From an uncultured virus (IMG/VR IMGVR_UViG_3300018041_000003) (lineage: Duplodnaviria > Heunggongvirae > Uroviricota > Caudoviricetes), in the IMG/VR virus record IMGVR_UViG_3300018041_000003: 64,000 bases of DNA; one strand, 5' to 3'. Each line of letters starts with the position of its first letter. Positions within the stretch are counted from its first letter, which is position 1. A model generated the notes under the pieces. The model saw nothing but the letters and a program-made list of their open reading frames with translations, did no database searches and had not been told where the DNA came from. Of this stretch, positions 1 to 9,672 are shown piece by piece. Both the position numbers and the translations under genes were made by a program.

Positions 1-1
1 A

Positions 2-193
2 ACTCCAAAGCAAGTAACTAAGATTACTGCACACTTAGCACAACTTGAAGGAACAGGCAATAAGATCAAATGGGACTTCACTGGTACAGGTGCTACTGTT
101 CAAATGGAAGAAGCAGGTGATGATGCTGTTATCGACAACGTTGATGGCGCACCAGATGCTGATGACTTTGAGTCAGACGATCCAGCAGACTAA
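2..193 (+). CDS. 3' end of a gene starting upstream of the window (acidic C-terminus; likely virion protein)
   Basis: Open frame from position 2 (TPKQVTKITAHLAQLEG...DDFESDDPAD) to TAA at 191-193, with codon usage like neighbouring genes, followed by a terminator hairpin. Confidence 0.7.
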   Translation, partial: TPKQVTKITAHLAQLEGTGNKIKWDFTGTGATVQMEEAGDDAVIDNVDGAPDADDFESDDPAD

Positions 194-206
194 GGCAGGT
201 AATTAT

Positions 207-229
207 GTGGGGGAGCAATCCCCCACTTT
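207..229 (+). terminator. Intrinsic terminator or stabilising hairpin
   Basis: GTGGGGGA-GCAA-TCCCCCAC is a perfect 8 bp stem with a GNRA loop, followed by a short T run. Confidence 0.7.
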
Positions 230-243
230 ATTAAGGATTTAAT

Positions 244-1212
244 ATGTCAAAATTTGTAAGTGTACCCAATGGTGATTATACAGTAAAAGTTCAAAGTAAC
301 GGAACTATCCGACTTGACACAGGCGCAGGCGTGGGTGAAGTACGAATTACTGGTAACTTAACTATTGAAGGCGAAACTACAACTGTAAATACAACTAATT
401 TAGAAGTTGAAGACAATATTATTGTTTTAAATAAAGGTGAAGTAGGCGCAGGAGTTGGTGAAGGAACTTCGGGAATTCAAATTGATAGAGGTTCTGAAGA
501 TGACGCACAATTACTTTTTGACGAAAATTTAGAATACATTAATCCAAATGCTCCTGCTGTTCAAACATTTGGTGTTTTTAAATTTGTAAAAACAAACGGC
601 GAGTATTTAGGAATAAGAGCACCTAGCATACAAACAGGCGGAAGTAGTCTTTATATAGACACTTCGGATAATCCTGTATTTGTTGTAGGTGATTCAGGAC
701 AGTATGCTCTTAATACAACAGACGAAGGACACCTTACTAATAAAAGATATGTCGACGACTTAGTTACTAACACACTAGACGATTTACAAATTAGAAGAAT
801 TAACGATGGTAACACACTAGTTGAAGTAACTGATGCCACAGATGGTTCATTAGAAAGCAGAGCAGACTTTATAATAGACAGTACTGTTATTGCTACTTAC
901 TATCCAGATAGAATTGAGTTAAATGATGTACGTATTGAAGGACAAAAGATTTCAGGAACTGTAAGTAACGGTGATCTTGTTTTAGATGCACCAGGCACAG
1001 GTACAGTTAAAATTAATGATGTATTACAAATTACAGAAACTCCTGGTACAGATGATCCAATTATTGATCCAGCGTCACCAAATGATGGTGTTAAGATTTA
1101 TGCAAAATCAGAAGGAACTGGTAATACTGGACTATATTTTGTAAATACAAATAATACAAATGACGAATTAATTAGTAGGAAAAGAGCCCTATTATTTGGG
1201 TATCTACTGTAA
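244..1212 (+). CDS. Virion structural / fibre-like protein
   Basis: 322 aa; fibre-type motifs (GNLTIEGETTTVNTTNLEVEDNII, HLTNKRYVD, GDLVLDAPGTG); hydrophobic C-terminal helix KRALLFGYLL. Confidence 0.65.
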   Translation: MSKFVSVPNGDYTVKVQSNGTIRLDTGAGVGEVRITGNLTIEGETTTVNTTNLEVEDNIIVLNKGEVGAGVGEGTSGIQIDRGSEDDAQLLFDENLEYINPNAPAVQTFGVFKFVKTNGEYLGIRAPSIQTGGSSLYIDTSDNPVFVVGDSGQYALNTTDEGHLTNKRYVDDLVTNTLDDLQIRRINDGNTLVEVTDATDGSLESRADFIIDSTVIATYYPDRIELNDVRIEGQKISGTVSNGDLVLDAPGTGTVKINDVLQITETPGTDDPIIDPASPNDGVKIYAKSEGTGNTGLYFVNTNNTNDELISRKRALLFGYLL

Positions 1213-1226
1213 GGATAAATACTACG

Positions 1227-1574
1227 ATGGCAATAGCAAACATTTTAATTGACGGTACACAGCAAGCAATCTTAACTGTTCCTGCCGATAAACAATACGC
1301 AATCTTATCATTGGTTGTATGCAACTCGGCCGCGGCTGATAACACAGGCGCAAATGATGCAAATTTTGATTTATACTTTGTACCAGCAAACGCCGCTAAC
1401 GGATCAATCACAGTTGGCGCACAAACTAAAATTGCTAGTGCAGTAACAGTTGCTGGATCAGATAGTTTTACATTTGATACAGAAAAGATGGTTTTAGATG
1501 CAGGTGATAGAATTATATTAGAAGGAACTGCACCCTATAACTTATCTGCAACAGTAAGTTATTTGGAAGTGTAA
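1227..1574 (+). CDS. Small virion adaptor-like protein (paralog of 8865 and 22919)
   Basis: 115 aa; shares TVP...A..SL.VCN and ..VL..G..I motifs with the ORFs at 8865 and 22919. Confidence 0.6.
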   Translation: MAIANILIDGTQQAILTVPADKQYAILSLVVCNSAAADNTGANDANFDLYFVPANAANGSITVGAQTKIASAVTVAGSDSFTFDTEKMVLDAGDRIILEGTAPYNLSATVSYLEV

Positions 1575-2104
1575 TGAAATTTCTAAAATCTCAAACTACA
1601 AATAAAAGATCTTTCCAAACAGGCGCTGGAATGTTTTATAACGATAGTACTGGTGTGTTTGAAATGAGATCTAACAGTGCAATGCAAGTTCCTTTCGGGT
1701 CTGACGCACAAAGACCAAATGCTCCTCAGTTAGGTATGATGAGATTTAACACTGACAACAACAGTGTTGAATTTTACGATAACGGTGTTTGGAAAGAAAT
1801 TAGACTTAAAGAGCCTACACCAATTCATCAACAAGATTTAGGAACAGGCGACGGTGTTGAAACTGTGTTTGGAGCATTAAACGCAAACGATACGTCATAT
1901 CCAGTTCCACAAACAGCACAGAGTGTGCTAGTTCTTGTAGAGAACGTTCTACAAATTTCCACAACAAACTATACATTAGAACAAAGTGTTAGCGGAAACT
2001 TAACAGGACCTAATGCACCATATGCTGACGGATGGTATATTAAGTTCCTTTCACCAGTACCAAGCGGTAAATCAGTAACAGTCATACATAACTTCGACAA
2101 GTAA
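1574..2104 (+). CDS. Virion structural protein (tail/baseplate appendage)
   Basis: TAATG coupling to the previous gene; motif VPFGSDAQRP..PQLGMMRFNTD...EFY..W, also found at the C-termini of the 2134 and 5138 proteins. Confidence 0.6.
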   Translation: MKFLKSQTTNKRSFQTGAGMFYNDSTGVFEMRSNSAMQVPFGSDAQRPNAPQLGMMRFNTDNNSVEFYDNGVWKEIRLKEPTPIHQQDLGTGDGVETVFGALNANDTSYPVPQTAQSVLVLVENVLQISTTNYTLEQSVSGNLTGPNAPYADGWYIKFLSPVPSGKSVTVIHNFDK

Positions 2105-2133
2105 TCCAATAAATACTTGTATGGAGGGTACAT

Positions 2134-4998
2134 ATGTCTCTAGGTAAAATATCAGGACCGCTACTAAGCAGAAACCTACTACGAGAAACAGATTTAGCAG
2201 TTGAAACTGACTTGCTTTACATCGGGCATACTGATGGCAAGATTGGTATTAATACTACTACACGCTCTCGTAACTTAACAATTGACGGTACACTAAGAGC
2301 ACGTACTGACAATTTAGTAAGTCCTCGAGATTTAGAAATTACTGATAGTCTTAATATTGGTAATTTAACATTTGGCCCTAACGGTATTGAAACGTTATCG
2401 GGAAATATTAATATTAATCATGCAGGTACTAGTGTTGATACTCCTGGTATAAGAACTGATACTATTGAAATTAACGATAATTATATCGGATCTTGGGTTA
2501 CAAATGGTGACATTAATATTGTTCCTAGCGGAGTAGGAACTAATGAAATTATTACCGCTGGTAAAACAGTTAATGTTGACGGCAGTGTTCATGCTACTGG
2601 TAATATTACATTTGATGGTAATATTCTTATTGGCGGTGACGGACCAGAAGACAATGTAGCATTTGAAGGCGACATTGATTCTAATTTAATTCCTGATATT
2701 GATAATAACTTTGACATAGGTACTAATCTAAAACGATTCGACATAAATTCAGATCAAATTACTGTTAATAATGTAATCAATGCGGAAAACTTAACCATTG
2801 ACGGTATTGAAGTTACTAAAAGCGTTGGACAAATTCGATTCGTTGCAGTTAATGGTGATGATTTAAAAAGAGGAACTAATCCTCAAGGTCCTCTAGCATC
2901 TATAAAAGAAGCATTGCGTCAATCAACACCAGGCGACACTGTTTATATCTATTCAGGTGATTATGAAGAACAGTTTCCATTAGAAATTCCTGCGGGTGTT
3001 ACAGTAAAAGGACAAGATATACGTAACGTAGTTATTCGACCAACAACAGATAATCAAAGTGAAGACTGTTTTTTATTAAACGGCGAAACTACAGTTGAAA
3101 ATATAACTATAAAAGATTTTTATTATGACAATGTAAACGATAAAGGTTATGCTTTTCGATTTGCAGGCGACATGAGAGTAACATCACGTTCTCCTTACAT
3201 TAGAAATGTAACTGTAATTACACATGGAAGTGCTACAAGTGCTAGTGATCCTAGAGGATTTGATAGCGGCGATGCAGGCAAAGGTGGATTATTTGACGGA
3301 AGTGTTTGTGATCATGACACTAATGAAGCAAGTATATTATTTCATAGTGCAACATTTATAACTCCAGGTGTGGACGCAATAACTTTAACAAACGGTGTTA
3401 GGGTTGAATGGTTAAACTCATTTACTTACTTTGCTAATCGTTCATATTATCTAGTAAACGGTCCAGGAAGATGGCGTTCAGACAGTGTTCTTATTAAAGG
3501 AGCAGAGTTACGTTCAATTGGTTCAGCAAGTGTTTATGGTAACTACGGTATTGTTGCAGACGGAGACGAGTGTTTAGCATATCTTATTTCGCACAATTTT
3601 GCATATATTGGTGTAGGCAAAGATGTAACTAACGATAATACAATTACAATTGAAACAAACGAAGTTGTAAAAATTAATAACGGTAAAGTTTATTTTCAAT
3701 CACAGGACCAATTAGGTAATTTTAAAGTTGGAGACAATTTTTACGTAGATTTAGTTAATGGCACAACAAGTATTGATGCGGAAGTAGTTGATGCAACAGG
3801 ATATTCAAGTTTATCTGTAACAGATACAAATAATAACACAACTTTTATAACAGGTGACACATTAGAAACTGGTGCACTAAGAATAGTTACACCAAATACA
3901 ATTAAATCTATTGCCGGACCAATTAATTTTGCAAGTCCAAGTAATGTACACAACTTACTTACAAATACAAGAATGGGTGAATTAACACTAAATGGAAACT
4001 TAACATTAGGTGGAAGTTTAGTCACTCTAGGAAATGAAGCAACAGATACTATTGATTTTAATACACCCTTTGATCAAGACATATATCCTGATCAAACAAA
4101 TACATATAATTTAGGGGCTAGTTACAAACGTTGGAAAAATACATACCTAAGTAAATTAAGCATTGATAGTTTTACTTTTAATGAAAATTACATACAGGTT
4201 AATAATACAAACGAAAATTTAGAATTACGTGCTAACTCAACTGGATCTGTAAAGTTTGACGATCTTAAAAGTAAAAACAATGTAATATCAACAGATACAA
4301 GTGATATTACTTTTGAACCAACAAGAACATTAACTTTAGATGCTACAGAGTCTTTAGTTTTACCAGTAGGTAATAGCGGACAACGAATTGATGCTGTAGG
4401 CGATTTACGATATAATACACAATTAAACATTTTTGAAGGATATAGTGGCGGTAATGTAAGTTTTCCAGGTGTGTACGATACAAACAGAAATACATATTTT
4501 GATTTAAGTAACAATCAGTTTGTTTTTGTAACAGGCGGAGATAGAAACACAACGCTTACTGGACAAATACTAGAAACAAATCGTCTTGATTCACAAAATT
4601 CTTTAAGTATTGATGGGAATACTATTACAAGTGCTACTCCTGATGCAGATATTCAGTTTGTATCAAATGGTTTAGGTGCAATTGGACAAGAAGATCTTGT
4701 ATTTAAAGACAATTCAATTACAAATACACTTGATACTGCGTTTACATTTCAGTTAGCAGACATTTATTCTTATTTAAAATTTGATCAACCTAAAGGACTA
4801 GTTGTTCCGTACGGAACAACAGCACAACGTCCTACAAATCCAGAGCAAGGTCACACACGATTTAATACTGATGTAGGTAAAGGTTTCCTAGAATCGTGGA
4901 ACGGAACACAGTGGGTTTTAGCGGCAGGTGGCGGAGAATCTGTTACTGAAGAATACGCCGAAGATGTGAACTTCCTTTGGAACATTATCCTCGCTTAA
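2134..4998 (+). CDS. Large tail fibre/spike-like protein with a pectin-lyase-like beta-helix region; paralog of 5138
   Basis: 954 aa; GGAGG RBS; FVAVNGDD..G..P..P.ASIKEAL...GDTVYIYSGDYEE beta-helix entry motif; collinear with 5138. Confidence 0.7.
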   Translation: MSLGKISGPLLSRNLLRETDLAVETDLLYIGHTDGKIGINTTTRSRNLTIDGTLRARTDNLVSPRDLEITDSLNIGNLTFGPNGIETLSGNININHAGTSVDTPGIRTDTIEINDNYIGSWVTNGDINIVPSGVGTNEIITAGKTVNVDGSVHATGNITFDGNILIGGDGPEDNVAFEGDIDSNLIPDIDNNFDIGTNLKRFDINSDQITVNNVINAENLTIDGIEVTKSVGQIRFVAVNGDDLKRGTNPQGPLASIKEALRQSTPGDTVYIYSGDYEEQFPLEIPAGVTVKGQDIRNVVIRPTTDNQSEDCFLLNGETTVENITIKDFYYDNVNDKGYAFRFAGDMRVTSRSPYIRNVTVITHGSATSASDPRGFDSGDAGKGGLFDGSVCDHDTNEASILFHSATFITPGVDAITLTNGVRVEWLNSFTYFANRSYYLVNGPGRWRSDSVLIKGAELRSIGSASVYGNYGIVADGDECLAYLISHNFAYIGVGKDVTNDNTITIETNEVVKINNGKVYFQSQDQLGNFKVGDNFYVDLVNGTTSIDAEVVDATGYSSLSVTDTNNNTTFITGDTLETGALRIVTPNTIKSIAGPINFASPSNVHNLLTNTRMGELTLNGNLTLGGSLVTLGNEATDTIDFNTPFDQDIYPDQTNTYNLGASYKRWKNTYLSKLSIDSFTFNENYIQVNNTNENLELRANSTGSVKFDDLKSKNNVISTDTSDITFEPTRTLTLDATESLVLPVGNSGQRIDAVGDLRYNTQLNIFEGYSGGNVSFPGVYDTNRNTYFDLSNNQFVFVTGGDRNTTLTGQILETNRLDSQNSLSIDGNTITSATPDADIQFVSNGLGAIGQEDLVFKDNSITNTLDTAFTFQLADIYSYLKFDQPKGLVVPYGTTAQRPTNPEQGHTRFNTDVGKGFLESWNGTQWVLAAGGGESVTEEYAEDVNFLWNIILA

Positions 4999-5010
4999 TA
5001 TCCAAAAACA

Positions 5011-5018
5011 TATAAATA
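5011..5018 (+). promoter_or_regulatory. T4-type (gp55-like) late promoter TATAAATA
   Basis: Perfect T4 late consensus in an intergenic gap upstream of a structural gene. Confidence 0.8.
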
Positions 5019-5020
5019 CT

Positions 5021-5131
5021 AGTAATGCTACAAAGGAAGACCAATCCGTAGCAGGAATTACTGTGGTCAACCAGCAAAGAGCCGAAAGGATGAAAGTTAG
5101 GTTGGAGGGACAGGATCCCCGTTTATAGGAG
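5021..5131 (+). ncRNA. Putative structured cis-regulatory 5' leader RNA (hairpins plus possible pseudoknot)
   Basis: Stems TGCTAC/GTAGCA, GGA/TCC, CAACC/GGTTG, CC-GAAA-GG and GGGA/TCCC; loop GACCA complementary to downstream TGGTC; one of the few long intergenic gaps in the module. Confidence 0.5.
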
Positions 5132-5137
5132 AATAAA

Positions 5138-8100
5138 GTGGCAGTTGGTCGTATATCTGGTCCGCTTTTAAAGGCAAACTTACTTCGCCAAGGAGTAGAT
5201 CTCGCTTTTGAAACGGATTTATTGTACTTAGATGTTAATAATAGCCGAATCGGAGTTAAAACTAACTCACCTGCGACTGCTCTCGATGTAAACGGAACAG
5301 CAAGAATTCAAACATTAGATATTTTAGACACTACATTACCAATTGGTAATATTACTATAGAAGGTGCTACTAATACAATATCTACAAGCCAACCCATTTT
5401 TAATATTTCTACACCAAACAGTGTTATCTATCAAGATAAACTAAATGTAGATGATATTGAAATTGATGGAAATACTATTCGTGCAACAGCAACGAATCAA
5501 AATTTAGAATTTAGACCAAACGGTACTGGTACAGTTAACTTTATCGGTGATACAAATATTACTGGTAACTTACACGCAACTGGAAATATTACGGCAGACG
5601 GCGATATCACTATTGGTGATGATGACACAGATACTATTACTATTAACGCCGACATTGCTTCAGATTTAATTCCAGATATAACCGATACATATACTATTGG
5701 TTCTCCAACTAAAAGATGGTCGCATGGTTACTTTAATGATTTAACAGCAACAAGTATCTCAACTGTAGGACTTGCTATTGGAGATTTAGATCTTACAGCA
5801 GTTCCAGGCAATATCTTTTATGTTGCAAAAAATGGTAATGATACAGGATTAGGAGAACACCCACAAGATCCTTATGCTACACTTAGCCATGCATTAACAC
5901 AGACAACCGCAGGCGATTCAATTCACATTTATCCAGGAGAATACGAAGAAATATTTCCACTGAATGTTCCAGCAGGCGTAACTATTATTGGTGAAGGCAT
6001 TAGATCGGTTAAGATTGTTCCAACAGCAGGAACAAACAACAACAATGCGTTTGTGTTACAAGGTGAAACAAGTGTAATGAACTTGACTGTTGCTGATTTT
6101 TATTACGATAATATAAACAATACAGGCTGGGCATTTAGTTTTGCAAATAATTTTGAAGTAACAACAAGATCACCTTATATTAAAAATGTTTCAGTAATTA
6201 CAAAAGGCAGTGTAACATCTGCAAGCGATCCAAGAGGGTTTGATCAAGGTGATGCTGGACGAGGAGCATTAATTGACGGTGAAAAAGCAACTGCTAATTC
6301 ACGTGAAGCAAGTATGTTGTTCCACAGTGTAACATTTATTACACCAGGTGGTATTGGATTACAAGCAACCAACGGTGCAAGAATTGAATGGCTAAACAGT
6401 TTTGTTTACTTTGCTGATAAAGCAATCGTAGGTGAAAACGGTGCTAACGGATTAAAAGGTACAGGTAGTACAAAAACTAAGTTAAGCGGACTAGTCGGTA
6501 CTCCTGCTGTTGGAAATACATTTCAATATGTTGATTCTAATGGAGCAACTGTAAGTGCAACTGTAAATGAAGTTGACGGAAATTACATCTATCTAAATGG
6601 AAATGTTTCAGGCATAGAAACAAAGTATCAGCGTACAGGAAAAACAATTTTAGCCAACGGTGACGCTCAACTCGATACAACGATTAAGAAATTTGGAACC
6701 GGAAGTTTAATGCTAGACGGTACTGGCGACAGTGCTTCTACTGCTAGTGATACAGATTTCGGCTTTGGTACTGGACAATTTACTATTGAAGGTTGGTTCT
6801 ATGCTAACATAGGCGGATTTACAGGAATACGAGGATTAGTTGACTTTAGAGCAGGTACAGGAACAGATACAGGCTTATATTTGTATACCGATAACGGAGT
6901 TACTAAAGTTTATTATAATGGCGCAGAAATATTATCAGACAGCGGGTCATTAGCAGTCGAAACATGGCACCATATTAGTGTAACACGTTCAGCAACGACA
7001 ATCAATCTTTATGTTAACGGAACTAGAGTTGACAGTGATAATGCATTCGGTTCAGATTTAGGAAGTACTAAGCCAATTGTTATTGGTGCAAGATATGATA
7101 GTTCAGCAGAAGAGTTTAGCGGTTATATAGATGATGTTAGAATTTCTTCTACTGCTAGATACACATTAGGAAGTTATGTTTTACCATTAGGTGAAGTCGC
7201 AAACGATATTAATACTGTTTTACTTTTAAGATTTAACGGTGCAGACAGTTCAAATACATTTGAAGATGAGACACAGGTAATACAAGAAATATCATTTAGT
7301 AGTGGTGCATATGCTACAGCAATTGAACTTGCAGACTTTTCAGACTTTGGTTGTGAAATTCGTTCAATTGGTAGTGCGTGTGTATATGGTAATTACGGAA
7401 TATATGGCGACGGTAATGGTGTTGTTATGTATCTTATCTCACAAAACCTTGCTTACATTGGTAACGGCAAAGAAGTAGATAACGATCCGACAACAGTAAT
7501 ACAAAGTCAAGAAGTTACAGAATTAAATAGTGCTCAAGTTTATTATAGTTCAGTAGATCACAAAGGTGATTTTAGAGTAGGAAATATTTTCCATGTTAAT
7601 CAAGCAGATGGTACTGTAAACTTTACTAATGCAAACTTTAACATTGACACTTTACAAAGTGTAAGATTTAGTACAGGGTCGTCAACAACAATTATCAATG
7701 GAGATAACGTACAAACTGGTGATATTAGATTAAGTGGCAACACTGTTGAAAGTTTAAGTGGAGATTTAAACTTAGATTCATCTAATGGTATTATTAACTT
7801 TGCTGACAATGTTAATATTACAGGTAATCTTGATGTAACTGGTGATGTTACTATTGGCGGAAACATTACACTTGGTGACGAATCAACTGATAGTATTGAA
7901 ATTGTTGCAGGAATTTCAAGCAACTTAGTTCCAAGTCAAGATGGCGCATTTACATTAGGTACTATTACAAACAGTTGGAAAGATTTATATGCTGGCGAAG
8001 CACAAATTGATGACATTAATATTAATACTAATGTTATTCAAACAACAAATACAAACCAAGATTTAGAATTACGTGCAAGCGGTACTGGTAGCATTACCAT

Positions 8101-8860
8101 TGACGACTTAGCATTTAAAACAAATATTATTTCAGCAAATACTGATATTATTTTAGAACCAGGCAGTGAAAGAGTTGATATTAACTCAACTGGTAGTTTA
8201 ACAATTCCAAGAGGAACAACAGCAGAACGTCCAGGTAGTGCAACAGTTGGTATGTTACGTTATAACACTGATACCGATGTGTTTGAAGGATATGATGGAC
8301 AATGGATTACACTAAATGGTGTAAGAGATGTGGACCAAGATACTTACATTTTAGCAGAAGCAACTCCAGGCGCAGATGATGATACTTTATATTTTTATGC
8401 TGGTGGACAATTAGTAGCAGATGTAAATACTACTAGATTTAATGTTGCTAAACTAGCAGTTGACGACATTGAAATTGAAGGAAATACTGTAAGAGCAGTT
8501 ACAACTAACTCAGATCTTAATTTAAGAGCCAACGGAACAGGACGAGTTGTTGTAGAGAATTTTGGTTTCAATCAAAATTCGATAACTAATACTGTACCCG
8601 GCGCAATTACTACACTTGCCCAAACCGGACAAGGTTACTTTAAAATTGAAGGTACAGGCGGATTTGTTATTCCAGTAGGTGATTTGTCAAACAGACATCC
8701 AACACCAGAAACAGGAATGATGAGATTTAATACTGATGACGACAGGGTTGAGATTTATGATCCTACTGGAATTTGGGTATCAGTAGCAGGTAGTTCGGGT
8801 GCTGTATCAGCACAAGATGCAGAAGAAATTGCAATTAAAATGGCAGTTACGATAGGATAA
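5138..8860 (+). CDS. Large tail fibre/spike-like protein with beta-helix and inserted LamG/ConA-like lectin domain
   Basis: 1240 aa; GTG start with AGGAG RBS; LamG-like FTIEGWFY...WHHISVTRS...YVNG...IGARY...FSGYIDDVRIS; paralog of 2134. Confidence 0.75.
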   Translation: MAVGRISGPLLKANLLRQGVDLAFETDLLYLDVNNSRIGVKTNSPATALDVNGTARIQTLDILDTTLPIGNITIEGATNTISTSQPIFNISTPNSVIYQDKLNVDDIEIDGNTIRATATNQNLEFRPNGTGTVNFIGDTNITGNLHATGNITADGDITIGDDDTDTITINADIASDLIPDITDTYTIGSPTKRWSHGYFNDLTATSISTVGLAIGDLDLTAVPGNIFYVAKNGNDTGLGEHPQDPYATLSHALTQTTAGDSIHIYPGEYEEIFPLNVPAGVTIIGEGIRSVKIVPTAGTNNNNAFVLQGETSVMNLTVADFYYDNINNTGWAFSFANNFEVTTRSPYIKNVSVITKGSVTSASDPRGFDQGDAGRGALIDGEKATANSREASMLFHSVTFITPGGIGLQATNGARIEWLNSFVYFADKAIVGENGANGLKGTGSTKTKLSGLVGTPAVGNTFQYVDSNGATVSATVNEVDGNYIYLNGNVSGIETKYQRTGKTILANGDAQLDTTIKKFGTGSLMLDGTGDSASTASDTDFGFGTGQFTIEGWFYANIGGFTGIRGLVDFRAGTGTDTGLYLYTDNGVTKVYYNGAEILSDSGSLAVETWHHISVTRSATTINLYVNGTRVDSDNAFGSDLGSTKPIVIGARYDSSAEEFSGYIDDVRISSTARYTLGSYVLPLGEVANDINTVLLLRFNGADSSNTFEDETQVIQEISFSSGAYATAIELADFSDFGCEIRSIGSACVYGNYGIYGDGNGVVMYLISQNLAYIGNGKEVDNDPTTVIQSQEVTELNSAQVYYSSVDHKGDFRVGNIFHVNQADGTVNFTNANFNIDTLQSVRFSTGSSTTIINGDNVQTGDIRLSGNTVESLSGDLNLDSSNGIINFADNVNITGNLDVTGDVTIGGNITLGDESTDSIEIVAGISSNLVPSQDGAFTLGTITNSWKDLYAGEAQIDDININTNVIQTTNTNQDLELRASGTGSITIDDLAFKTNIISANTDIILEPGSERVDINSTGSLTIPRGTTAERPGSATVGMLRYNTDTDVFEGYDGQWITLNGVRDVDQDTYILAEATPGADDDTLYFYAGGQLVADVNTTRFNVAKLAVDDIEIEGNTVRAVTTNSDLNLRANGTGRVVVENFGFNQNSITNTVPGAITTLAQTGQGYFKIEGTGGFVIPVGDLSNRHPTPETGMMRFNTDDDRVEIYDPTGIWVSVAGSSGAVSAQDAEEIAIKMAVTIG

Positions 8861-8864
8861 TAAA

Positions 8865-9194
8865 ATGGCAACGTTTTTTAAAAATAAAGTAGAAAAAAGT
8901 ATAGGAACAGTAAGAGTACCAGTTTACGAAGCACCACCAAGTGCAAGAGCAACTGTTATTGGATTAAGTTTGGCAAACTTAACATCATCTGTTGTAAGTG
9001 CTAGTGTATTAATTGCTGACGATACATCTGTAGTAGGTTATTACTTGAAAGATGTATTAGTTCCACCTAATTCAACATTAAAAGTTTTAAATGGTGGTGA
9101 AAAAATTATTTTAGGTTCAACAAACATATTATATGTTGAATCAGATATTAACGACAGTTTAGACTGCGTAATGAGTTTTGTGGAGATAGTGTAA
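8865..9194 (+). CDS. Small virion adaptor-like protein
   Basis: 109 aa; VYEAP...ATVIGLSLAN; paralog of 1227 and 22919. Confidence 0.6.
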   Translation: MATFFKNKVEKSIGTVRVPVYEAPPSARATVIGLSLANLTSSVVSASVLIADDTSVVGYYLKDVLVPPNSTLKVLNGGEKIILGSTNILYVESDINDSLDCVMSFVEIV

Positions 9195-9195
9195 T

Positions 9196-9654
9196 ATGTC
9201 ACAATGGTACACAGGTCAGAGTATTACAGAAACTATTGAAGATAATCTTGGAGAGAGATATTTTTATGGGTTACGTAGAACCGATGCCGGTGAATTATTT
9301 TTAGGAAAACTAGATCAATTAAGTTTGAATGATACTATTCAAATTAATAAAGAAGGTGATCCAGTAGACAACTATACAGACTTTGACGAAGGCGGAGAAT
9401 TTTTTGAAGGTAGAGATTCTGCACATAACTTAACATATAAGAATTTAAATTACGAACAGTTCCGTTGGGACGATGCTAATTTATTTTATTATGTAAATGA
9501 CGAAGGTGAACTAGTTGTAAGAATTAACCAAGGTCCAAATGAAGGTGCAATACAGTATGCCGGTGATGCAATTACTATTACAGATAGTGATAAAGAATGG
9601 GATAATACTAACCTTACAATGGACAATAACAATATTACATATGATCAAACATAG
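9196..9654 (+). CDS. Virion protein, paralog of 11144, with extra C-terminal 7-residue repeats
   Basis: RYFYGLRRT...EFFEGRD...YEQFRWDD.NL.YYV.DEG.LVVRINQ shared with 11144. Confidence 0.65.
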   Translation: MSQWYTGQSITETIEDNLGERYFYGLRRTDAGELFLGKLDQLSLNDTIQINKEGDPVDNYTDFDEGGEFFEGRDSAHNLTYKNLNYEQFRWDDANLFYYVNDEGELVVRINQGPNEGAIQYAGDAITITDSDKEWDNTNLTMDNNNITYDQT

Positions 9655-9672
9655 GAGCGGTAGGAGCAAGAT

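Noticed and set aside
45..242. 65 aa ORF in the track
   Set aside because: Out of frame with the better frame 2..193 and runs through the terminator hairpin.
2121..2147. ATG exactly 5 nt after the late box at 2109, giving an 8-codon uORF overlapping the 2134 start
   Set aside because: The ATG is part of the ATGGAGGG RBS of gene 2134 and may be coincidental; the sequence alone gives no further support.
5068..5105. Resemblance of GCAAA..CCGAAAGG..AAAG to a c-di-GMP-I riboswitch or hammerhead core
   Set aside because: Lacks the GACGCAAAG/P3 tetraloop-receptor arm and the CUGANGA core; kept only as an unassigned structured RNA.
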